From Epithemia pelagica (taxonomy: Eukaryota; Protista; Bacillariophyta): 64,000 nucleotides of DNA. This document shows positions 54,769 through 64,000 of the stretch, in pieces. The stretch is taken from NCBI GenBank assembly GCA_946965045.2, contig OX337230.1, positions 558,001 to 622,000 of the forward strand, in the 5' to 3' direction. A program made the translations under genes and the position numbers. A model generated the notes under the pieces. That model made no database searches and was not told the DNA's origin. It saw nothing but the letters and a program-made list of their open reading frames with translations. The number at the start of each line of letters is the position of its first letter. Position 1 is the stretch's first letter.

Positions 54769-55135
54769 CACTAGCTCGTTATTAGGCATGGTTATCTGCT
54801 GAGGACGACGGAATCTGTCTTGCTCGCGGTGTGTCCTATGCTGCTTCCGGAACCTCATCAACTCCCATTTCGCTGCATGAACCTACGAAATTCCTGCCAT
54901 GTGGGTATATAGTACCTAAGTTGCGTGTTCCAGGAATATCACGGTACGCCATTGGATCTGAGTGCGATGGCATCCTCTTTCAAGACAATTCCTCGACGAG
55001 TTTCGGCTACTTTTGTGAACATGGCATATAGAGTTGTAGGAAATCATTATACAATATAGATTACTGTCGTTGTGTTACAAAATTGTGTGTCACGGTAAGA
55101 CATATTCCAAACCACACGAGACAACAAGGTTTTTA

Positions 55136-58100
55136 TTAGATGGAATCTTCGTCCGATCCATACTCGTGGCCTTGTTTTCGAGCCGATCGTGCCAAGGACA
55201 GGTCCAGACTGTCGAGTAAAAAGGATTCGGAAGGATCCACCATGGCGCGGGGTTCGTTGTCACTGGCGGTAGAGGAACAAGATCGATCCTGCACACTGGG
55301 AGAGGCCGTCCTCCCTCGACGACCCGAACCTCGTTTGGGAGTCGAATTGGGACTCACGACAGCCGCCGCACGTGTCGGAGAGGCTGCCAAGTATCTCTTT
55401 GGTGTCAAAGCACGGGTATAAGTAGGACTATTACGACGACCCCGGGAGGAACTGCTTCCAATATTATGACCCAAACGCCGCGATTGTTCTTGTTGCAATC
55501 GTTGGACTCGGGCACGCCGGGCTCGGCCTCGGGGACTCGTCGCTTCCGCATCTTCTTGTGTGGTTTCGGGAGCCTCACTGGAGGCAGATGACGAGGACGA
55601 CGACGAGGAGAGGTAGGATCGTGTTTGATGAATGCTGGCTCGATGTTCCAATTCCCGTTTCCAGAGATTGGTCGTCGTCCCTCGTTCGGCCAGAGGCCGC
55701 TTCCGTCGTACCTCGAGAGATTGACTACGCCGCTTACGGAGATGGGGTCCCGTACTTACGCTACTGGGAGAAGCACTCTTTTCGTCGTCGTCCTTTGTGT
55801 GGTTTGCAACGACGGCAGCGTCCTGGTCCTGGGAGGACCGCTGGTCCTGGGACGACGACATGGACAATTGTCGAGGACCGGTCCAGATGGAGCTGGGGTT
55901 GGTACCGAGGGTTCCCATATCATCATCATCATTATCATCGTCATGACGATTTGCAGCAGCAGCAGAATGGTCCTTCAAATATGTGGGGCTGTCACTAGTC
56001 ATGGTGCTGTCCGTAGCAGCTTGATGAAGGCGTGACAAATCGGGTGAGGACTGGGTTCGTCGAAGAATGCTGGGTTGGGGACTCCTACTCCTCCTCTCCG
56101 TACTATTAGGTGACGTGGGATCGCCGCTGGCGCCGCCTTTTTCTTGTTGCAAGTCTTCTTCGGTTTCTTCTTGAATGGTACAACTCAAGAGGGAATGATT
56201 GGAACTGACCGACGAACCAGTAGTACCAGTGTGGTAGCGTCGTCGACGACGGGGCGGATGCAACACCTTGGTGCGGCGGCGGCCGCGTCGGGGACTGGCA
56301 GTATCGTCATCGTCGTCATCATCGGTTTCGGGTTCGGAGGAGGAAAAGTAGGGTTCCGGCTCGTCGTCCTCGGAACCATCCGTACTAATACTGGGAGGAC
56401 CGGCCGGATCCATCTCCAACATGTCATTGTCATTGTCTCCCGGACGTCGTTCCAAATCGGGATGGGACGTTTCCTGCGCCGGATCCTCCTCCTCCTGAAA
56501 CAAGTCCTTCCATTCTTCGGACAGTAATTTCAAGTGTCGTTCGGGCGACGAGGCGGAGGATGAGGTTTCTTCGGACGAATTGGTTTGAAAGGTGACTTCC
56601 ATCATGGGTGGTGGCGAATCGTCATCGTCGTTGTCCTCCAGCGGCAAGCACTTTTCGTCGTCGTCGTCATCATCGTCATCATCACTGCTCAAGCGTTTGT
56701 ATCGTTGCAACCGAGCAAAGATTCCCGGTCGGGGCAATCGTCCCGTGTGGTTTGTCGATGTCGTGGTTGGGTCGGTGGCCTTGTGGTTGTTGTTGTGGTT
56801 GTCGGGAAGGTGGACGACTCGTGGTTTGGTCAGTTCCGGTTGCAACTGGTCCGTATTGGTGGAGAATGGGTGTGGTCCAAAGTCCTTCTCCTCGTCCTCC
56901 TTGTCGAGAGCCAGACTATCCTGGTCCGCTTCTTCTTCTTCTTGTTCTTCTTGGTTGGGAGCCAAGCCATCGGCGCGGTCCCGGTTCCGTTCCAAACTAC
57001 TACTACTACTACTATCGTCATCGTCATGATCCAACAAGGATTCTTCGCCCGTCAAGGTGTCGAGCATGGATTCGTGGGCCGAAATGAGACTGGTCGTCGA
57101 TAGGGACCGATTGTGGTGGACGCGCGCTTCCTGGCGGCGGTCGTCCTCCTCTTCGTCCGAGGGTGGGTCGTCGTTGTTGTTGTTGTGGTCCTCGTTGGAA
57201 GCCGAAAAGGCTGTGGGAAACCAAGGAGTACTATGACTCCAGGGTGTGGCGTACCACGAATCGGCCTGGTCCTTGTCATTCTTGTTGGGAGTGTCATTAT
57301 TGCCTGGCTCTTCTTCGTCTTGTTCGTCTTGTTCCTCCACGGATCGACGCCCCATTTGATGAGCAGCCGCCAGGACTGCGGGTGGGACGGCAAAGGAATA
57401 GCGCTTGACAATGCGCGTCGTCGACGTGGACGTCAAGGAGGGGGAAATGGACGCCTCCGCAGAGGATAGTCCTGATTGTGATGGTGATTGGGAGTGTGGT
57501 GCCGCAAGTCGTTGCCACCAATTTCCAATTCGGAGACGGTTCGACCAAGCACCACCACCGCCTCGTTGTTTCCGAGTGTCGGCGGGATCGTCGTCGGATT
57601 GACAAAAGCCGGCGGCAAAAATGGGATCGTATTCGCGCACGACTTTCATGCCGCCGCGTTCGACATCGTGGTCGTCGTCGTCGTCTTCTTCTTCTTCCCA
57701 AGTGGTATCGGCCGGAGCCAGTTTGGGCAGTACCACGACCCGCGACCACCACGGACCACTCGTGCCGGTCGTCGAACGACGACGACTGGAAGCAGCCGAC
57801 GAGACGGTTCGTTCCCGGCGCGACAAACAGTCTCGAATGCGACTCCAATGGACCAGGATGGCCACGGCCACCCAGGCCACGACACTGCACACCCACACAC
57901 TGCTCCCCATGGCCCACCGACACTCTTGTTGCGTCGAAAACTCCGTGCAGGGAACGGATTCCCACACGACCAGGGCGGGAAGTTGCAGCAAGGCGGCCAG
58001 GCACGACACGACGGCCACACTGGTCGTCGTCCAGGAATTGGGTGTGGTATCGTCGTTGTTCGAGTCGTTGGTGTTGTTGTTGGTGTTACTGGTGGTGGTG

Positions 58101-58534
58101 TCGTTGGACCGTTTCTGGGTGACAATCAGGGCCACCATGCCATTCCAAACCGTCCACAACCAGGCCAGGACACCCACGGCCAAGGCCACCAATGAAAACG
58201 ATCGTGCCAGTTTCCAGTGGTGGTCGTCTTCCAAGTCATAAAAGTCGCCACTGCATTGCAAGCCCCAACTGGTGGAACGTTGTGCGACTTGAGCACTGTC
58301 GGCCGTAATGGCCAAGATTTCGCCATCATGAGCTTGCACCGTCACAAACGAACAGGTCAAACTGGCTCCCAATTGCAAGGACCAGGCGACCGTCGCCACT
58401 ACGGCCGCCCCGATCCAGACCAGACGACTATTCGTAGTTGTATTTGGGGTTTGGCCTGGTTGTCGTTGTCCTTGTTGTGACGAGCGATTCATGGTGGTTG
58501 TGGTTGTGGTTGTGGATTGTGAAAACACACACAC
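55136..58534 (-). CDS. Four-TM (claudin/amastin-like topology) membrane protein with an ~900-aa disordered acidic/Ser-Arg-rich tail
   Basis: Four hydrophobic segments with loop cysteines (SLTCSF, WGLQC, SVPC...ECRW) followed by low-complexity D/E/S/R sequence. Confidence 0.7.
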   Translation of the reverse strand: MCVFSQSTTTTTTTMNRSSQQGQRQPGQTPNTTTNSRLVWIGAAVVATVAWSLQLGASLTCSFVTVQAHDGEILAITADSAQVAQRSTSWGLQCSGDFYDLEDDHHWKLARSFSLVALAVGVLAWLWTVWNGMVALIVTQKRSNDTTTSNTNNNTNDSNNDDTTPNSWTTTSVAVVSCLAALLQLPALVVWESVPCTEFSTQQECRWAMGSSVWVCSVVAWVAVAILVHWSRIRDCLSRRERTVSSAASSRRRSTTGTSGPWWSRVVVLPKLAPADTTWEEEEDDDDDHDVERGGMKVVREYDPIFAAGFCQSDDDPADTRKQRGGGGAWSNRLRIGNWWQRLAAPHSQSPSQSGLSSAEASISPSLTSTSTTRIVKRYSFAVPPAVLAAAHQMGRRSVEEQDEQDEEEPGNNDTPNKNDKDQADSWYATPWSHSTPWFPTAFSASNEDHNNNNDDPPSDEEEDDRRQEARVHHNRSLSTTSLISAHESMLDTLTGEESLLDHDDDDSSSSSSLERNRDRADGLAPNQEEQEEEEADQDSLALDKEDEEKDFGPHPFSTNTDQLQPELTKPRVVHLPDNHNNNHKATDPTTTSTNHTGRLPRPGIFARLQRYKRLSSDDDDDDDDDEKCLPLEDNDDDDSPPPMMEVTFQTNSSEETSSSASSPERHLKLLSEEWKDLFQEEEDPAQETSHPDLERRPGDNDNDMLEMDPAGPPSISTDGSEDDEPEPYFSSSEPETDDDDDDDTASPRRGRRRTKVLHPPRRRRRYHTGTTGSSVSSNHSLLSCTIQEETEEDLQQEKGGASGDPTSPNSTERRSRSPQPSILRRTQSSPDLSRLHQAATDSTMTSDSPTYLKDHSAAAANRHDDDNDDDDMGTLGTNPSSIWTGPRQLSMSSSQDQRSSQDQDAAVVANHTKDDDEKSASPSSVSTGPHLRKRRSQSLEVRRKRPLAERGTTTNLWKRELEHRASIHQTRSYLSSSSSSSSASSEAPETTQEDAEATSPRGRARRARVQRLQQEQSRRLGHNIGSSSSRGRRNSPTYTRALTPKRYLAASPTRAAAVVSPNSTPKRGSGRRGRTASPSVQDRSCSSTASDNEPRAMVDPSESFLLDSLDLSLARSARKQGHEYGSDEDSI

Positions 58535-60294
58535 TGGAGGTGTGGGACACTCGACCGGGTGTTGTTGTGTGTGCCTTGTTGTGGTGATGGATTGATTTCT
58601 GGGGGTGTTGCTTCTACCTACTAGAGGAAATGGAACGAGTGGCTTGTCCCTGGTGGTTTATGTTTTGTTGGAATGTCCTTTTCTTATACAGTCGTGGGTT
58701 CTCTCCAAACAACAAAAAAGCAGCACAATCCTCTATTATAGAGAGAGTGCCATTCGTTGTCGAGAGAGATGGACGAGATGCTCTCATTCATTCGTGGGAC
58801 TTGCCGCTTGCCGCCACACACACATAGCGAGGGGTCGTGTGTCGTGTCGAATGGCATCCAAAAATGTGAGGCTATAGTCGCAATTCCCGCGGGCTTGGCC
58901 CTCCAGATTCACCTATTAACGACACCTCCGCGGGACCAAAACGGTTTGGAACTTCCATGGGAAGGTCCAGTTGGAATTCTCACGAATATTAGATCCGGCT
59001 CGGATGGTATCTCGATGGGTAGTACTACGCAACGTCCGAAAGTACAGACAGTCCCTATAGTAAATCATTCCTCGACCATTTTGGACGCGCCCGCCTGCGA
59101 TAGAATCTGGGGGGTGTACAAGATCATTGGACGGACTATACCTACAATAAATAATCGTCGATCTGGGGAAATTCGTCCGTCGAGTTCGTGTGTGTCGCCG
59201 GGCGAGCATTCATTGGAAACAAACATCCTCATCTAGTTGGGTTCGGTTGCAAAAATGAAACGGTTCTGCTTCTGCTAGTTGTTGTTGTTGTTGTTCTTCT
59301 TCTTGTTGTTGTTGATGTGGTTGTTGTTTCGCACATGTGGTGTCTCCATGGTTGCTTCCATGTGGCATTGTAGACGTTACATCTGGCACGTCCTGGTGCT
59401 GCTCCCCCTCTTTTTCTTGGACCCAGTCAAGGACCATTGTGTCTCCGGTTTCTTGTCTTGTCTTGTCTTGTCGAGCTGCTGCTGCTGCTATTGCAACAGG
59501 GATCCATCGTAGGAAACTGAGGACCCTGTACCTATTGCGAGTACCTAGCTAAGAGTAGTATAGATATAGGTAGGAGTAGATCGTTTGGCACTCATACGTT
59601 GTGGTTTCTTCGCGCACCCGTGTCGGAAGAAGGAAAAGCTTGCACCCAACGAACGTATTTTAAGTGGGGAGTGGGGTGGTGTCTGTGGTGTCAATAGCTT
59701 TCAAGAGAGACATGTTCCATGTTCCATGGCCAACGGCAGTGCGCTCTGGATGACGTTTGGTTCCGAATCCTCAAAATTTCAAACGAGCCTGCCGTCTGTT
59801 TCTCCTAAATAGTCTTGAAACGCATGTCTGTTATCCGTTGAGGTTTCGTCTACTTAGATGTTTTCAGAACCGGCGCGCTACCATTGTCTAATCCGGTTGT
59901 AGGTATGCGTAAGACGAGGAGACCAATGCATTGATGAGCACCTCGCTCATAACTAATGTACAACACGAGAAAACGGACGAGCCACACAACCCACAGACCT
60001 CCATCTTCCATTCTCCATGATGTGTGGGTCTGTCGACGAGAGAGTGCACACTTCCTCCAGTAAATTTCATCTGACACGATCACACACCGGCAGAGAGAAA
60101 GTCCATCCATCCGGGCACACGAGGAGAGTCGAAAACCTCTTGGAGGATTCCACAAAACCAAAACAAAAAGACGGCAACAAAAGAACAAACCATTGAGAGA
60201 AAGAAGAAGAAGAAGAAGAAGAAGAAGAACACTCACAACAACAAAAAGGCGTCACAACGAAACGAGCTCCAGACAAATTCAGTTTGTAGTCTCC

Positions 60295-63200
60295 ATGTCT
60301 CTACCACATTCTCCACAACCACAAACACCACCATGTGTCCAAGGACCTTCACAAGAACCTCTTTTACTCGGTGATGCCCCACCAGCAACCACAACAAATT
60401 CAACTACAAATCCGACAACCACAACCACGACAAACACAACCACAGTGGCTGCTCCCTTGGTGGCGGCTGCCCAACACTTGTTGCAACCCAATGGAAGTTT
60501 GCGAGGCCAAGCCGTGGCGGACCATGTCGTGCCCCAATTTCCCACCCTCTTGTCGGCCATTCCCCGGACCAGTACGCGACCCGCCCTCTACAGCAGCAGT
60601 CCGCCGCCTGTCGCTGTGCCACATTCTACCAGCCATGACACCACCACCACGACAACGACGACAACAACGACGAGTCCTCCTACAACTACAGATGGTCCCT
60701 TGACCCATGCCGACGTGTATGATTTTTTGGCCCGTGTCGGACCGCAATTTCATGCCGCGGGCATTGGACGGGGCCATCGTGTCGCCGTCGTCTTGCCCAA
60801 TGGCCCCATTTTGGCCGTGGCCTTGTTGGCCGTCTCGACCTGGGCCACGTGTTTGCCCCTCAATGCGCTCGGGGCACCCGATGAAGTCCGACACGAGTTG
60901 CAAGCCGCTCAATGCGATGTGATATTGGGACAACCCAAGGACCACGACAACAATGATACCAATAGCCTGGCGGCGACGGTGGCCCAACAATTAAATGTCC
61001 CCCTGATTCGGGTCATTTCGCATCCCCACGATCCAGCCGGCAAGTTTTCCCTCGTTTTTGAGAATGACAAGCAAACGAATGGATTTCCTCTGGTCGGTCT
61101 TCCCAAACACCACCAACAATCACAACAATCACCACACGTGTCATCGTCCTCCTCATCCTTGACTGCACATGAAACGACTGATTTGTTGTCCTCGTCCCGC
61201 TTTACGGCCAATTCCTGGAACGACGTGGTCTTGCTCTTGTTTACTTCGGGTACCACGGGGGGCAAAAAGTTGGTTCCCCATTCCTGGCAATCCCTCTTGG
61301 TGGCCACGGCGTGCATTGCCGTGTCGTGGCAATTGACCCCGGACGATATCAATTGCAATTTCATGCCCCTCTTTCATGTCGGGGGCATTGTCCGACAAGT
61401 TTATGCGCCCCTGTGTTCGGGCGGTGCCGTCATTTGTTGTCCGACCGTCTTTGATCCACTCCTCTTTTGGCAATTGCTTGTCGTGCGGCCCGTGTCGTCC
61501 GAATCGGAAACGACGACGACCACCAATCCTCCAAACCAAAACAAGAAAAAGAATCCACATATTCCTCCCCCCTTTACCTGGTATTATGCCGCTCCCACCA
61601 TGCATCAATTGATTTTGGAAACGGGACGCGCCGAAGGATACTTGCCGCCCTCGTCCTTGACGGCCCAGGACGGTTCGGCCATTCCACCACAACCACAACC
61701 ATTTGAACAACAACCGTTTGAACATTCCTTGCGCATGATTGCCAATGCTGCCGGTGGCTTGTCGCCCCGATTGGCGCGGGAATTGCAACACGCCTTTGGT
61801 GGTAACAACCACCATGGCAACAAGAACAAAGTGGTTCATGTTTTGCCCAGTTATGGCATGACGGAATGCATGCCCATTTCCGCACCGCCGGCAACCTATC
61901 AATTGGAAAAACCGGGAACGTCGGGCGTGGCCGTGGGTCCCGAAATTGCCATTCTCAATGCTGTCACACACTGTGCCGAACCGCCCGGTACGGAAGGTCC
62001 CATTTGTGTCCGGGGACCACCCCTCTTTGGAGGATATGCCCCCGTGTGGACGAGCAATAGTAGTAATGACACGTCGTCGTCGAATCCATTGTCGCGTCGT
62101 GGCGACGATTGCTTGTTGCCCGGCGGGTGGTTTGATACGGGCGATTTGGGCTATCTCGATGCCGACGGTTACTTGTACATTACCGGACGGTCCAAGGAAG
62201 TCATTAATCGAGGGGGTGAAATTATCTCCCCCCTCGAAGTCGAAGAAGCCTGCATGGCCCATCCCGACATTGACACGGCCGTGGCCTTTGCCGCCCAACA
62301 TGACGTGTTGCAAGAAGTCGTGGCCCTGGTCGTCGTACCGGCGACCACCACCACCAATAACAATACCAAGACGCAACCATTGTCCACCAGCACGACAACC
62401 ACGAGACGGATCCCCAAAAAGATTGATTTACCAGGCTTGCATGCCTTTTTGGGTCAAGGTCGATTGGCGGCGCCCAAATGGCCCCAATGTTTGGTGTACA
62501 TGGATGCCGTTCCCAAATCCCATACCAACAAATTGTTACGGGTCAAGCTGGGAGAACGATTGAAATTGCCACAATTCCATGATTCCATGTATCCCATTGA
62601 ACGAACCTTTCAAGCCACTTGTCCGCCCCTGGGCACACCCCTGTCGGTACCCATCCCGTGTCAACCCGTCACGGTCCATCCACAAACCGTACAAGATATT
62701 TTGCAACACGAATTTGTCAATCAACTACCACCCCTTCCTGCATCATCATCATCTCCTTCCACTCGAGAATTGGCAGTGACACTGCATCCCCTCAAATTGG
62801 GTCATTTGGTCGTCCATGTCTACAACATTCATCGAATGGAGGTCATTGAAGCTGCGCAAGAATTGCTCGATGCCTATACGATGCCCAGTCATGTTTGCAC
62901 CTTAACGGCACCCGTGGCCCATTCGGACCTGACACGAATCATACCGGAACCCTCCGATGCGGTCGCCAGTATTTTGCAACAAGCCATGGGACAAGGACCG
63001 ACAGCGGATCCGTTGGTTTCCAATTTACAACAAGTCTTTCAAGACTTGTTGGATTTGGATTGTCAACCGGCACCCGATACCAACTTTTTTCATTTGGGTG
63101 GATCGTCCATGATGGCCTCACAACTGGCGAGCAAGATACGAAAGATTCATAATGTGGCCTTTGGTGGTGCCGAAGTCTTTCATCATCCCAATTGTTCCGC

Positions 63201-64000
63201 CATTGCGGATGTGATTCGCGAACGACGAGGCGAAATTGGCATGAAGCGCTCCCTCTCGTCTGTTACCAACAACGCAAGCATCCGAGACAAGGCGAGTTTG
63301 GCGGCCTCGTCCCTCTTTTCGCAAAAGCTCAACTTGGATGGCGTCAAATTCGATTCTACACGGATCCATGTCGAACCAGACTGGAAAGTGCACCTGTTGC
63401 AACTTCTCCCACTCTTTGTCATTCATCCCTTGTGGCAATTGACGCGGTTCTTTATGTTTTTCCAAACCTTGCTAGTAGTACTGAAACGAGTTCCCAATGA
63501 AGACAATCTTGTGGCCTTTGTCATAACGCTGGTTACCTTTCATTTCATTTGGATTGTCATCACTCCGCTGGTATTTGTGGCCATCAAATGGATCGTCATT
63601 GGCAAGTACAAAGCGGGGCGGTATCCAATTTGGGGCGAATACTACATGAGATGGTGGTTTGTCGATATATTGCGCAAAATGATTGGACTTGGCTTTTATG
63701 GGAGCAGTGAGGCACTGTTGCGAGAGTACTACCGCTGGTGTGGTGCCACGATTGGAACGGGGGCACGAATTTCCGTGTCCGCCGACATTGCCGAATTTGA
63801 TTTGGTTCACATTGGAGAGGAAGCCGCAATCGACTTTAGCGTTGTTCGAGGCTTTGCAGTGGACAGTGGCTGTGCTCTGTTGGGACCCGTTACGGTGGGA
63901 AATCACGCAAGTGTGAGCATTCGGGCCATTGTTGCGCCCCATACCTCCATTCCAGACCACACACATCTCAGTCCAGGGGGCACAAGCTACGAAATCCACG
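60295..64000 (+). CDS. NRPS-like protein, 3'-truncated by the window: adenylation domain + carrier (T) domain + TM/left-handed beta-helix module
   Basis: Absent from the ORF track because it has no stop in the window. Frame of ATG 60295, checked at many points: LFTSGTTGGKK (~61240), YGMTEC, WFDTGDLG, GRSKEVINRGGE, NFFHLGGSSMMA (~63085), KWIVIGKYKAGRYPIWGEYYMRWW and hexapeptide-like GATIGTGARIS / VTVGNHASVS. Confidence 0.88.
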   Translation, partial: MSLPHSPQPQTPPCVQGPSQEPLLLGDAPPATTTNSTTNPTTTTTTNTTTVAAPLVAAAQHLLQPNGSLRGQAVADHVVPQFPTLLSAIPRTSTRPALYSSSPPPVAVPHSTSHDTTTTTTTTTTTSPPTTTDGPLTHADVYDFLARVGPQFHAAGIGRGHRVAVVLPNGPILAVALLAVSTWATCLPLNALGAPDEVRHELQAAQCDVILGQPKDHDNNDTNSLAATVAQQLNVPLIRVISHPHDPAGKFSLVFENDKQTNGFPLVGLPKHHQQSQQSPHVSSSSSSLTAHETTDLLSSSRFTANSWNDVVLLLFTSGTTGGKKLVPHSWQSLLVATACIAVSWQLTPDDINCNFMPLFHVGGIVRQVYAPLCSGGAVICCPTVFDPLLFWQLLVVRPVSSESETTTTTNPPNQNKKKNPHIPPPFTWYYAAPTMHQLILETGRAEGYLPPSSLTAQDGSAIPPQPQPFEQQPFEHSLRMIANAAGGLSPRLARELQHAFGGNNHHGNKNKVVHVLPSYGMTECMPISAPPATYQLEKPGTSGVAVGPEIAILNAVTHCAEPPGTEGPICVRGPPLFGGYAPVWTSNSSNDTSSSNPLSRRGDDCLLPGGWFDTGDLGYLDADGYLYITGRSKEVINRGGEIISPLEVEEACMAHPDIDTAVAFAAQHDVLQEVVALVVVPATTTTNNNTKTQPLSTSTTTTRRIPKKIDLPGLHAFLGQGRLAAPKWPQCLVYMDAVPKSHTNKLLRVKLGERLKLPQFHDSMYPIERTFQATCPPLGTPLSVPIPCQPVTVHPQTVQDILQHEFVNQLPPLPASSSSPSTRELAVTLHPLKLGHLVVHVYNIHRMEVIEAAQELLDAYTMPSHVCTLTAPVAHSDLTRIIPEPSDAVASILQQAMGQGPTADPLVSNLQQVFQDLLDLDCQPAPDTNFFHLGGSSMMASQLASKIRKIHNVAFGGAEVFHHPNCSAIADVIRERRGEIGMKRSLSSVTNNASIRDKASLAASSLFSQKLNLDGVKFDSTRIHVEPDWKVHLLQLLPLFVIHPLWQLTRFFMFFQTLLVVLKRVPNEDNLVAFVITLVTFHFIWIVITPLVFVAIKWIVIGKYKAGRYPIWGEYYMRWWFVDILRKMIGLGFYGSSEALLREYYRWCGATIGTGARISVSADIAEFDLVHIGEEAAIDFSVVRGFAVDSGCALLGPVTVGNHASVSIRAIVAPHTSIPDHTHLSPGGTSYEIH

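Noticed and set aside
53053-54795. 9-bp direct repeat CATGGTTAT flanking Crinkler-like copy 2 as a TSD
   Set aside because: No TIRs or poly(A) tail lie inside it, and a 9-mer match in flanks of this size is plausible by chance.
61153-62376. 407-aa minus-strand ORF
   Set aside because: It is the antisense shadow of the plus-strand adenylation domain.

Overview
Eukaryotic nuclear DNA, most likely a pennate diatom (inferred from ~75-80 nt GT-AG introns, ASAF-type bipartite plastid presequences, SLC4 and GT61 paralogues, and T/S/Q-rich low-complexity proteins). The standout is a ~4,100-aa intronless protein (ORF 38478-50879). It has a plastid-type presequence, ~60 Trp-centred helical motifs (consensus L-A-x-x-W-G-S-M-N-Q-D) separated by P/T/S/A-rich spacers, and one C-terminal transmembrane helix. 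The motif matches, from memory, the Rubisco large-subunit-binding sticker of the Phaeodactylum pyrenoid linker PYCO1, so this is a candidate giant membrane-anchored Rubisco tether. Also present: a complete PIF/Harbinger-superfamily transposon (17-bp TIRs, ACT target duplication, both ORFs open); two Crinkler/RHS-type NTPase+REase genes; a head-to-head pair of apparently disabled SLC4 genes; a plastid-targeted protein with two long-type EF-Ts units; tandem GT61 glycosyltransferases; PIG-U; phytol kinase; a sulfotransferase; a His-patterned beta-propeller; a MITE-like element; and an A-T-(TM/LbH) NRPS-like gene that runs off the window end and is missing from the ORF track. All family assignments come from motif recognition by eye; no database searches were run.
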